Assembly (NCBI GenBank): GCA_016213015.1
Contig: JACRCE010000057.1
Location: 1 to 58,927 of the forward strand
Direction of reading: 5' to 3'
DNA: 58,927 bases
Source of the DNA: Deltaproteobacteria bacterium
Lineage (GTDB): Bacteria > Desulfobacterota > GWC2-55-46
Numbering within the stretch: position 1 is the first letter of the stretch; every line of letters starts with the position of its first letter. The translations under genes and the position numbers were made by a program. Shown here in pieces: positions 9,200 to 17,523 of the stretch. Under the pieces are notes generated by a model, which ran no database searches, was not told the DNA's origin, and saw only the letters and a program-made list of their open reading frames with translations.

Positions 9200-10036
9200 A
9201 TGATGACGGATAAAGACTTCAGGCGCTTGAGCGACTATATAAATGCCGAGTTCGGCATAAAACTGCCGCCGTCCAAGAAACAACTGCTTGTATCGCGGCT
9301 GGCAAAGCGGCTCAGAGCGCTCAATATAGGCACATACAAGGAGTACTGCGACTATCTCTTCAGCAATGAAGGCATGGAAAAAGAGATAGTCTGCATGATA
9401 GACCTTGTAACGACCAATAAGACCGATTTTTTCCGCGAAAACGATCACTTCGACTACCTCGTCAATACCGCCCTGCCGGAGCTTGTAAGGAACGACGGCG
9501 CAGGCGTAAGGAAGCCTCTTATGGCATGGAGCGCGGGTTGCTCCACCGGCGAGGAGCCGTATACCCTTGCGATGGTATTGAACGAGTTTGCCCTGAGCTA
9601 TCCGGGTTTGGGGTTCGACTACACCGTGCTTGCCACGGACCTTTCATCGCGCGTCGTCGAGGCCGCGGCAAAGGGGATATACTCATCCGACAGGCTCTCC
9701 CCGGTGCCGGATGAGTTCAAACGCAGGTATTTCCTGAAGAGCAAGGATCAGGCAAAAGGGCTTGTAAGGGTTGTCCCCGAACTCCGCGCTCACGTCAAGT
9801 TCAGGCGCTTGAACTTCATGGAGCGCGACTTCGGCTTCAGGGAGTGCATGGACGTAATATTCTGCAGAAACGTCTTCATATATTTCGACAAACAAACTCA
9901 GGAGAAGATCATCGGCAGACTTCTCGGACATCTGAGGGCCGACAGTTTTCTTTTTATCGGCCACTCGGAGACCTTGCACGCGGGAAACTATCCGCTTGTA
10001 AGGGTTGCCCCATCGGTATACAGAAAGACGGCCTAA
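9200..10036 (+). CDS. cheR: Chemotaxis protein methyltransferase CheR
   Basis: 'TNKTDFFRE', 'AWSAGCSTGEEPYTLAM', 'IFCRNVFIYFD'. Confidence 0.9.
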   Translation: MMTDKDFRRLSDYINAEFGIKLPPSKKQLLVSRLAKRLRALNIGTYKEYCDYLFSNEGMEKEIVCMIDLVTTNKTDFFRENDHFDYLVNTALPELVRNDGAGVRKPLMAWSAGCSTGEEPYTLAMVLNEFALSYPGLGFDYTVLATDLSSRVVEAAAKGIYSSDRLSPVPDEFKRRYFLKSKDQAKGLVRVVPELRAHVKFRRLNFMERDFGFRECMDVIFCRNVFIYFDKQTQEKIIGRLLGHLRADSFLFIGHSETLHAGNYPLVRVAPSVYRKTA

Positions 10037-10068
10037 GCCGGCGTATCGCGTTACAGGAGGTTTTGATC

Positions 10069-10971
10069 ATGCATGGTCTATCGGATGAAGAGATAACCGG
10101 AGAACTGCTCAAGCGATTGAGGGACAAGGACAGGGCGTATCACGACCTTTCGGTGGTTACGAAGAAGCTGGAGGCTGTCAACGCCAGACTCATCGAGTCC
10201 GAAAAGTTGAAGACCGACTTCCTCTCGAACATTAGAAACGAGATAAATAACCCGCTTACGTCCGTGTTGACGCTCTGCGAATTTCTCGTCTCCGACGCGG
10301 ATTCGACAGGGCAGGAGACGCTTATCTCGGTCGCCGGCACCATCTACAGGGAGGCGTTCAACCTGAGTTTCCAACTCAGGAATATCTTCGCGGCGGCCGA
10401 GCTTGAAGCCGGAGACGCCGTGCTGTGCGCCTCAAACGTAGATATCCCCGCGCTTATACGCAATACCACGCTCTCCTTCAAGCAACGCATGACCGAAAAA
10501 AAGCTCTCCGTCGCGATCAACGTCGGAGAGGAGTGGAGCGCCTCTCCTTATTTCGTCGTTGACGCGGACAAGCTCCAGCGCGTACTGGCCAACCTGCTGA
10601 CCAACGCGATAGAGTTCAGCCACGAAGGAAAAAATATCGAGATAAGGGCCGGCAGGGAAGGCTCATCCCTCGTCGTTATCGTCGAGGACCACGGCATCGG
10701 CATCGAGAAGGACGCTCAAGGGATCATTTTCGACAGATTCAGACAGCTTGAAACAGGCGTAACCAAGAGCCACGCCGGGCACGGTCTGGGCCTGTCCATC
10801 GTCAAGGCGTTCGTCGAGTTGATGAACGGAACGATAACCGTACGCAGCGCGAAGAACGAGGGCACGGCCTTTACGGTAACGCTTCCCGAGGGGCAAGCCG
10901 TTGCCGGGGCATCCGCCTTTTCAGAGGACGGGAACGACTTTTTCTTCAACGACAGCGGCGAGAAGTTTTAG
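10069..10971 (+). CDS. Cytoplasmic HisKA/HATPase_c kinase-like protein whose phospho-acceptor His is replaced by Asn
   Basis: ATG 10069 follows AGGAGG. H-box position reads 'FLSNIRNEINNPL' (AAC at 10237-10239). N, G1 and G2 boxes are intact ('NLLTNAIEFS', 'DHGIGI', 'GHGLGLSI'). Confidence 0.75.
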   Translation: MHGLSDEEITGELLKRLRDKDRAYHDLSVVTKKLEAVNARLIESEKLKTDFLSNIRNEINNPLTSVLTLCEFLVSDADSTGQETLISVAGTIYREAFNLSFQLRNIFAAAELEAGDAVLCASNVDIPALIRNTTLSFKQRMTEKKLSVAINVGEEWSASPYFVVDADKLQRVLANLLTNAIEFSHEGKNIEIRAGREGSSLVVIVEDHGIGIEKDAQGIIFDRFRQLETGVTKSHAGHGLGLSIVKAFVELMNGTITVRSAKNEGTAFTVTLPEGQAVAGASAFSEDGNDFFFNDSGEKF

Positions 10972-10997
10972 CCGGAGTATGCGAGAGGCCTCGGAAA

Positions 10998-11480
10998 TTG
11001 CAGACCAATAACACAAAAGACGCGACAAACCATTATCTCTACCCGGGCATGTTGTTTGCACATAACGGACAGTGCGTCATTACGACCATACTCGGTTCAT
11101 GCGTCGCCGTATGTCTGTGGGACGCAACGAAGCTTGTCGGCGGCATGAATCATTACCTTCTGCCCCTGTGGAACGGAGATGGGCTTCCAACGCCAAGATA
11201 CGGCAACGTGGCCATTCCAATGCTCATTGAAAGGATGCGGCTCCTCGGCTCGAGGCGGGAGTCGTTGAAGGCCAAGGTGTTCGGCGGCGCAAACGTGCTT
11301 GAGTCGCTCGGCGGCCTCATCGACGTAGGAGAGCGCAACATCGCGCTGGCCGAGGACATGTTGAGAAGCGAGCGCATAACCGTCGTAAGCAGTGACACCG
11401 GCGGCAATCAAGGCAGAAAGATATTGTTCATGACCGACACGGGAGACGTGTTCGTGAAGAAGGTCGAGAAAAGACCGTGA
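10998..11480 (+). CDS. cheD: Chemoreceptor glutamine deamidase CheD
   Basis: 'LGSCVAVCLWD' active-site Cys region. TTG start, so the start is uncertain. Confidence 0.8.
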   Translation: MQTNNTKDATNHYLYPGMLFAHNGQCVITTILGSCVAVCLWDATKLVGGMNHYLLPLWNGDGLPTPRYGNVAIPMLIERMRLLGSRRESLKAKVFGGANVLESLGGLIDVGERNIALAEDMLRSERITVVSSDTGGNQGRKILFMTDTGDVFVKKVEKRP

Positions 11481-11498
11481 CCGTGATAGGAAATTGTA

Positions 11499-12563
11499 GT
11501 GCCGAATAAAAAGATAAGGGTGCTTATAATAGACGATTCGGCCGTTGTGCGTCAGGCGCTCTCGAAGATTATCTCCTCGGATGCGGCTCTTGAGGTGATG
11601 GGGGCGGCCGCAGACCCGTTCATAGCGGCGGACAAGATACGCGAAGAAGCGCCGGACGTAATCACGCTGGACATCGAGATGCCGCGCATGGACGGCCTGA
11701 CCTTTTTGCAGAAGGTTATGAGCCAGCATCCGATACCCATCGTTGTTATCTCAAGCCTTGCCGAGGAAAATTCCGAGACCGCGCTCCGCGCCGTCGAGTA
11801 CGGCGCGGCAGAGATCATTCAGAAACCTCATCTGGGGATCCGCAATTTTCTGGAGGAGGGCAAGATTCTGATATGCGACGCAGTAAAGGCCGCGGCAACG
11901 GCAAAACTCAGGCGCATAATCGAGAGAAGGGTTTCTCAAAAGCTCACGGCCGACGTTGTGATAGCCAAGGCCAGGACAAGGGCAATGGCCGAGACCACGA
12001 ACAAGGTGGCGGTCATCGGGGCCTCCACCGGCGGAACCGAGGCCATACGCGACATCCTTGAGGCCATGCCGCTTAACTCGCCGGGTCTTGTGATAGTCCA
12101 GCACATGCCTGAACATTTTACCGCGGCCTTTGCAAGGCGGCTTGACGGTATATGCCGCATTTCGGTCAAGGAGGCCGAGACCGACGATACCGTGGTCAGG
12201 GGACGCGCCCTTATCGCGCCCGGCAACAAACATCTTTTGCTCAAGCGTTCGGGGGCGCGTTATTACGTGGAGGTCAAGGACGGCCCGCTGGTTTCCAGGC
12301 ATCGCCCGTCGGTTGACGTGCTGTTCCGTTCCGCGGCCCAGAACGCCGGCAAGAACGCGGTGGGCGTGATAATGACGGGGATGGGAGATGACGGGGCGCG
12401 CGGCATGGCCGAGTTGCATGAGGCCGGCGCGAGATGCGTGGCGCAGAATGAGGATTCATGCGTAGTGTTCGGGATGCCGAGGGAGGCTATAAAGCGCGGC
12501 GCGGTTGACGCCGTACTGCCGCTTTCGGCCATACCGGACGAGATAATAAGGCAGTGCGGGTAA
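11499..12563 (+). CDS. cheB: Chemotaxis methylesterase/response regulator CheB
   Basis: Receiver 'IRVLIIDDS...[13 protein letters not shown]' plus esterase '[10 protein letters not shown]', 'VQHMP', 'TGMGDDGA'. Confidence 0.9.
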   Translation: MPNKKIRVLIIDDSAVVRQALSKIISSDAALEVMGAAADPFIAADKIREEAPDVITLDIEMPRMDGLTFLQKVMSQHPIPIVVISSLAEENSETALRAVEYGAAEIIQKPHLGIRNFLEEGKILICDAVKAAATAKLRRIIERRVSQKLTADVVIAKARTRAMAETTNKVAVIGASTGGTEAIRDILEAMPLNSPGLVIVQHMPEHFTAAFARRLDGICRISVKEAETDDTVVRGRALIAPGNKHLLLKRSGARYYVEVKDGPLVSRHRPSVDVLFRSAAQNAGKNAVGVIMTGMGDDGARGMAELHEAGARCVAQNEDSCVVFGMPREAIKRGAVDAVLPLSAIPDEIIRQCG

Positions 12564-12589
12564 AAACCAATGGAAGGCGCTCAACAATA

Positions 12590-13321
12590 ATGGCTTGTAT
12601 TTTATGCTCTGCGAACGGTTATGCCGAGATAGGCGACAAGAGGGGTTATACCATAGTAAAGTGCGTTGGTTGCGGATTCGTTTATACGACGCCGCTCCCG
12701 GCCGAAGATGAGCTTGCAACGCTTACCAAAAAGAAGTCGTCTAATTTCAAACCGCACGTAAGCATCAGCCGGACGATAAGGTATCGCTTTTTCGCATCAA
12801 GCGTCAAGCGGCTCTTTCCGAAGAATAAGAAGATAAGACTGCTTGAGGTCGGGTGCAATCACGGAAATTTTCTCGACGTCATCAAAAAAGACGCGAACTT
12901 TGCAGCAACCGGCATAGACCTTAATCCAGCCGCCTTGGAATATGCGAGAGGCCGGGGACTTGACGCGCGCGACGGTACGTTGGAGTCCCATAACTTCCCG
13001 TCCGGGAGTTTCGACGTTGTAGTGGCGCTCCATGTAATCGAGCATTTCCACGACCCGGTGAGGACATTGTCGGAGATGAACAGGGTTTTGTCGGAAGGCG
13101 GTCTGCTTATTTCTATCGTTCCGTGCGTTACACACATAAAGGCGAGGCTTGCAGGGATCAATTGGAAGTATTTCGGCCCGCCGAGCCATCTATGGTATTT
13201 TTCTCCCGCCACGTTCGCGATGCTCCTTGAAAAGACCGGGTTCACGCCGACGTTTTCTTCCAGTTTCTACAACAGGGCGCATCTGAAGACGATAGCAAAG
13301 AAGGCGAAGCAAATACCGTAA
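12590..13321 (+). CDS. Class I SAM-dependent methyltransferase with an N-terminal Cys4 ribbon
   Basis: 'CILCS...KCVGCGF' followed by 'LLEVGCNHGNF'. The alternative GTG start at 12554 overlaps the end of cheB. Confidence 0.6.
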   Translation: MACILCSANGYAEIGDKRGYTIVKCVGCGFVYTTPLPAEDELATLTKKKSSNFKPHVSISRTIRYRFFASSVKRLFPKNKKIRLLEVGCNHGNFLDVIKKDANFAATGIDLNPAALEYARGRGLDARDGTLESHNFPSGSFDVVVALHVIEHFHDPVRTLSEMNRVLSEGGLLISIVPCVTHIKARLAGINWKYFGPPSHLWYFSPATFAMLLEKTGFTPTFSSSFYNRAHLKTIAKKAKQIP

Positions 13322-13323
13322 AA

Positions 13324-13385
13324 CTACCGTGACCGTTGTCCGTGACCGTAAAAGATTTCTCTTTTACACGGTTCACGGTTTTTTA
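13324..13385. repeat. Heptad-unit palindrome (ACCGTGA variant) between convergent genes
   Basis: 'ACCGTGACCGTTGTCCGTGACCGTAAAAGAtttcTCTTTTACACGGTTCACGGT'. One arm recurs inverted at 44301-44330. Confidence 0.75.
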
Positions 13386-13693
13386 TACGCGCTTCCCCAT
13401 CGGCACATCGCATTGAGCACCGGCACGAGGCTTTTCCCCGTCTTGGTCAGCGAATATTCCACACGCGGCGGCACGACCGGATAGACCTTCCTGCTTACGA
13501 TGTCGTCCTTTTCCATCTGTCTGAGTTGAGCCGTCAGCATCTTCTGGGTTATGCCGTCAACGCCCCTGCCGAGTTCGCTGAACCGCTTCGTTCCATCCAT
13601 GAGTTCTCTTAATATAAGCACCTTCCATTTGCTCCCGATTATCGCCAACGTTATTTCCACGGGGCAATTTATCTTTTTCTTGTCCATAAGCAT
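13373..13693 (-). CDS. HxlR-family winged-helix transcriptional regulator
   Basis: '[30 protein letters not shown]...[25 protein letters not shown]'. Confidence 0.85.
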   Translation of the reverse strand: MLMDKKKINCPVEITLAIIGSKWKVLILRELMDGTKRFSELGRGVDGITQKMLTAQLRQMEKDDIVSRKVYPVVPPRVEYSLTKTGKSLVPVLNAMCRWGSAYKKP

Positions 13694-13750
13694 CCCTCGC
13701 TGTTATATGACGCTTACCAAAAGGTATGTATATTACAAAAAGGTGTCTAC

Positions 13751-13779
13751 TTGACAAAAAGCAGGCATGGCAATAATAT
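13751..13779 (+). promoter_or_regulatory. Candidate sigma-70 promoter for the flavin-barrel gene
   Basis: TTGACA-N17-TAATAT. A 148-nt repeat lies between it and the ATG at 13980. Confidence 0.4.
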
Positions 13780-13785
13780 ACTACC

Positions 13786-13933
13786 AGGCCGCTGAAAAAC
13801 GCCCATCTGCGGCGTTGTCTGCGTCGCTCCTCACTGCGACGCACAGCAAAGTGCGTCTCATTCGTCGCTCCTTGACGCCTTGCATCTGAACGTTTTTGAG
13901 CGGCCTTCGGCAGCATGGGATTTTTCAGCAATC
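13786..13933 (-). repeat. MITE-like element, family A, copy 1 (inverted relative to copies 2-4)
   Basis: About 148 nt. Long terminal inverted repeats ('GCTGAAAAACGCCCATCTGC...') and an inner palindrome. Aligns to the reverse complement of copy 2. Confidence 0.8.
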
Positions 13934-13979
13934 TACTACGCGAGACGTAAAAATACAAGAAAAAGAGGAGGCGTTGGAT

Positions 13980-14423
13980 ATGAGCGAGGAACTGAGAGAG
14001 AAGGTTATTTCCTACATGAAGGCGCATTTCTATCTGAGCCTTGCCACTGTCAACACGGACAATCTAAAACAACCGCACGCCGGCAGCGTCGTGTATGTCA
14101 ATAACGGATTGGATCTGTATTTTGGGACATCCGCAAAGACGCAAAAGTTCATTAACCTGACGGCTAATCCCAAAGTGGCGCTGACCATTGACGACTTTGC
14201 CGCCGATTGGGCGGAGATAAGAGGCCTTCAGATTGAAGGCGCTGCTCAAGTCGTAAAGGAGGAGTCCACGGCTTTTGTCTATGGGATTTTTGCGGAGAAG
14301 TTTCCGGTAATAAAAAACCTTCCGCCCATGCCTGATAATCGCTTCATAAAGATAACGCCGCGCAAGCTCTGGATGCTCGACTACGGCAAGGGCTTCGGTC
14401 ATCGGGATTATCTGGAGTTGTAA
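13980..14423 (+). CDS. Pyridoxamine-5'-phosphate-oxidase-like FMN-binding split-barrel protein
   Basis: ATG 13980 follows AGAGGAGG. 'YLSLATVN...PHAGSVVYV', 'KVALTIDD'. The upstream part of the tracked ORF lies inside a repeat. Confidence 0.55.
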   Translation: MSEELREKVISYMKAHFYLSLATVNTDNLKQPHAGSVVYVNNGLDLYFGTSAKTQKFINLTANPKVALTIDDFAADWAEIRGLQIEGAAQVVKEESTAFVYGIFAEKFPVIKNLPPMPDNRFIKITPRKLWMLDYGKGFGHRDYLEL

Positions 14424-14437
14424 TCAACGGGCCGGTT

Positions 14438-14467
14438 CGACCGTCCGTATTCGTCAACGGACGGTCG
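14438..14467. terminator. Bidirectional stem-loop between convergent genes
   Basis: Perfect 11-bp stem CGACCGTCCGT / ACGGACGGTCG with an 8-nt loop, followed by TTT. Confidence 0.6.
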
Positions 14468-14472
14468 TTTCG

Positions 14473-15816
14473 CTACGCCGCGTGTTCCTTTTCAGCGCCT
14501 TCCTTCTCGAAGAAGGCCGCAAGGTCGATGTCGGCGGTTGTCGGGTTGACGGTTGAAATGACGCTCCGCGAGCTGTCTGCGGCCAGATCGAGCGGCACGG
14601 GGGCGGGTAGAGCCTCGCCGTTTTTGTCGAAGAGCAGTTTTATGGCCGGCAATTCGAGGGCGTCCTTGTTGACGCTCGTTACGACGCCTATCTCGTTGCT
14701 TGAAAGCCTTACCAGAGTGCCGACCGGATACGTGCCGATCATGTTGATGAAGACGTTGAGCGCGTCAGGGTTGAAGTGCCTGCCTGAGAAGTTCAGCATG
14801 ACCCTCAGCGCCTCGGCAGGGTTATGCGGCTGCTGGTAGACCCTGAGCGTAGTCAGCGCGTCAAAAGCGTCGGATATGGTGATTATCTGCGTCAGGGGAT
14901 GCAGGTTGCTCATCGTTTGCGGGTAGCCTGAATGGTCGAATCTTATATGGTGTTCGTAGATGAGCTTGCCGATAAGTTCCGTCATCCCGTCCATTCGTTT
15001 TATGATGTTCGAGCCGAGGAGCGGATGCTCCTTTATCTTTTCCCACTCATCAGAGCTTAACCCGCCGGGTTTTCTTATTATCTGTTCCGATACGCCCGTC
15101 TTGCCGATGTCGTGCAGAAGAGCGCCGATGCCCACCGCGTGCAGTTCGTCCCTGTCGATGTTCATGGCCTTGCCGAGGGACAGCGCGATTATCGAGACGT
15201 TGACCGAGTGGTTGTAGAGGTAGTTGTCGTAGTTCTTGATCATCGTGAGGCCGATGATGGCGTTGGCGTCGCTCAACACGGACTCGGTAAGCTCGTTTAC
15301 GACGTCGTTGACGGGCTCTGATTTAGGTATCTTGCCGAGCCGAACGTCGTTCATCACGTTTTTGACCGTCTCGACCGCGCCGTTGTATATCTCGACTATC
15401 TTTTTTCTGACGGTCTTGAGGGTTATGTGCGTAACGCCTTTCGCATGCAGAAGTTTGTGCAACTCCTGCCCCTTTGGCGCATCCTGTCCGGCAAGCGTAT
15501 CAAAGAGGCTGAAAAGCTCTTTTTCGGTTACGCCTTTTTCAAATATGACGGCGTCCACCTGCTTGTCGGCGAGATGGGCAAGTAGTTCCGGAAACATCTG
15601 TTCTCCGTTCGACACGGGATGGTCTTCAAACACCAGCGCGTCGTTGACGTTGCCGATCATCAGATTTTTCTGCGTCTTCAGGACGTCCGTCAGAAGATCG
15701 TAGGATTTTTTGGACGGCGCGGCTATGGCCGGATGTCCCGGCGGATAGAGCTTCTTGCTCTTCATGGCCGCGTTTATGCTCTTGAGGATCGCATCCTGCA
15801 TGTCGGGCGATATCAT
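14473..15816 (-). CDS. HD-GYP domain phosphodiesterase with an uncharacterised N-terminal domain
   Basis: 'HSVNVSIIAL', 'LLHDIGKTGV', 'HHIRFDHSGYP'. Confidence 0.85.
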   Translation of the reverse strand: MISPDMQDAILKSINAAMKSKKLYPPGHPAIAAPSKKSYDLLTDVLKTQKNLMIGNVNDALVFEDHPVSNGEQMFPELLAHLADKQVDAVIFEKGVTEKELFSLFDTLAGQDAPKGQELHKLLHAKGVTHITLKTVRKKIVEIYNGAVETVKNVMNDVRLGKIPKSEPVNDVVNELTESVLSDANAIIGLTMIKNYDNYLYNHSVNVSIIALSLGKAMNIDRDELHAVGIGALLHDIGKTGVSEQIIRKPGGLSSDEWEKIKEHPLLGSNIIKRMDGMTELIGKLIYEHHIRFDHSGYPQTMSNLHPLTQIITISDAFDALTTLRVYQQPHNPAEALRVMLNFSGRHFNPDALNVFINMIGTYPVGTLVRLSSNEIGVVTSVNKDALELPAIKLLFDKNGEALPAPVPLDLAADSSRSVISTVNPTTADIDLAAFFEKEGAEKEHAA

Positions 15817-17393
15817 TTAATTCTCGCTTTTGCGTCGAGTATTCTCCGGCAGGCGGCATGAAGATCGCCGGAGGAGGCCGCCGCACAGTCGCGAACCGCG
15901 TCAATGGCCTTCTTCGAGCCTATCGCGCCGAGCGCATTGGCCGCAAGCGCCCGCGCTTGTTCGTTGGATTCTTTGCCGAACCAGACCTTGCGCAGCAGTA
16001 TAGGCACCAGATACGGCAATGCCTTTTCATTCCCGATGTTGCCGAGCGCCTTGATGGCTTCCTTCGTTGCCTCGCGCGTTTCGGCAAAGGGGTCCCTTTT
16101 ACCGGCTATTTTGCCGAGAATGTCGATAGCCGAGGAGTCTTTGAGCATACCGAGGGATATTATGGCCTGATTCACGAGCGATTCTTCTTTTTCCTCAAGG
16201 GCGTTGATAAGTATCGCGGTCGAGCGTTTGGAGCGTATCTTGACGAGGCTTTTCAAGACCTCTTTTTTTACCCGCGTGTCTTCGTGACCGTAAGCGTTCT
16301 CAAGTTCGTCAAGGCAGCCCTCGTCCCCAAGTTCACCCAATATCGCCGCCATCTGCCTTACGATGAACCATTTGTCGCTTTGGAGGCGGTGCTCCACGTT
16401 GGGACGCATCTTGGGGCCGAACATGACGACGCCGTCAAAGTAGTGGCGTCTTGACGCGGCGTCTTCCGACGAGACGAGCGCGTCGAGGAGCGGCTCAAAG
16501 GCTTGAGTATCGGCTATGAGCAGGATGCGTTTTATCGCGTCGCGCAAAGGCTCCTCCTTTGCGCCTAACTTGCCGACGAGCAGCCGCATCATATCAGGAT
16601 TGAACAAAGAGCGCAACCGCTCATCCGCCGCAGCCGTTATCTCCTCGGGAAGCCCTGATGACGGCTTCATGCCCTCAAGGAAGACGATCATGACGCCCAG
16701 CACATTGTCAAGATCTCCGGCATGTAGAAGTTCATCGGCCTTTTCTTTTATGCGCGCAGACAGGTCGTTGTATCTGAGAGAGTCCCGTTCAACGCGAATC
16801 TTGGCTATCAGGGTCGCCAAGTCGTCTGCCGAGGCTTGTTCTTTTTCATCGGGTTGTTTTTTCAGCTCATCGGCCTCCCCTGCTTCACCTGCCGCTTCAG
16901 GCAGTTCCTTTTCCGCCGCTTCCTGCTTCTTCTTTTCTTCAAGATCGGCCTTGAGTTTTTCAAGGTCGTCGTAAGTAAGCGCGTTCAGGAGTATGCCGCT
17001 TACGTCCGCTCCGGCCATGAGCGTCTCAGCCCCGCCTCTCGCATGTACGTCGTCAGGCTCAAGCTTCAACATGGACAGAAATACACTCAGTTCGCGGCTG
17101 TTGAAACGGTGGGTGAAGGTTATCTGGTTTATGCGTCTGAAGAATATCTTGCGCGCAAGGGACGCGACATCAAGGTTGCCTGGCGCTATTGGAGTTTTGT
17201 CGTCGTAAAACCCCTTCTGATCAAGCCTCCATTTCAGATCGCCGTTCTCGTCCACATTTTTTTTGATGATAGAAAAGCACCTCTCAAGCGCTTGATCGAG
17301 GTTAGGATGGCCGTCAGGATAGAAATTATGCATCTTGACAGCCTTGGTCAGTTCAATTAGTATATTTGTGTGGCTTTGCAGTTCCGTAACCAT
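15813..17393 (-). CDS. HEAT-repeat protein. Its N-terminal domain is paralogous to that of the downstream HD-GYP protein
   Basis: C-terminal HEAT-like repeats ('AIKALGNIGNEKALPYL', 'AANALGAIGSKKAIDAV'). ATGA overlap with the next gene. Confidence 0.7.
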   Translation of the reverse strand: MVTELQSHTNILIELTKAVKMHNFYPDGHPNLDQALERCFSIIKKNVDENGDLKWRLDQKGFYDDKTPIAPGNLDVASLARKIFFRRINQITFTHRFNSRELSVFLSMLKLEPDDVHARGGAETLMAGADVSGILLNALTYDDLEKLKADLEEKKKQEAAEKELPEAAGEAGEADELKKQPDEKEQASADDLATLIAKIRVERDSLRYNDLSARIKEKADELLHAGDLDNVLGVMIVFLEGMKPSSGLPEEITAAADERLRSLFNPDMMRLLVGKLGAKEEPLRDAIKRILLIADTQAFEPLLDALVSSEDAASRRHYFDGVVMFGPKMRPNVEHRLQSDKWFIVRQMAAILGELGDEGCLDELENAYGHEDTRVKKEVLKSLVKIRSKRSTAILINALEEKEESLVNQAIISLGMLKDSSAIDILGKIAGKRDPFAETREATKEAIKALGNIGNEKALPYLVPILLRKVWFGKESNEQARALAANALGAIGSKKAIDAVRDCAAASSGDLHAACRRILDAKARIK

Positions 17394-17426
17394 TATACCG
17401 CTCTTCCCAACGTATTTATCTGAATT

Positions 17427-17454
17427 ATCATAACAAAATTAAGTCGTTTGTCAA
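17427..17454 (-). promoter_or_regulatory. Candidate sigma-70 promoter for the HEAT/HD-GYP operon
   Basis: Minus strand TTGACA-N16-TATGAT, about 35 nt before ATG 17393. Confidence 0.5.
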
Positions 17455-17473
17455 CCCACCTTTCTTGAGAGAG

Positions 17474-17523
17474 AAGGTTGAGAGGCGGTTGAAACCTTGA
17501 ACCGTCGTTAACCTTCGTTAACC
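17474..17523. repeat. Heptad-unit array (GGTTGAN/TTAACC) abutting the radA ATG
   Basis: 'AAGGTTGAGAGGCGGTTGAAACCTTGAACCGTCGTTAACCTTCGTTAACC'. Confidence 0.65.

Noticed and set aside
9844-10068. Upstream extension of the kinase-like ORF, starting at 9844 and overlapping cheR by about 190 nt.
   Set aside because: The extension has no recognisable sequence features and overlaps a solid cheR. ATG 10069 has a perfect AGGAGG RBS just after the cheR stop.
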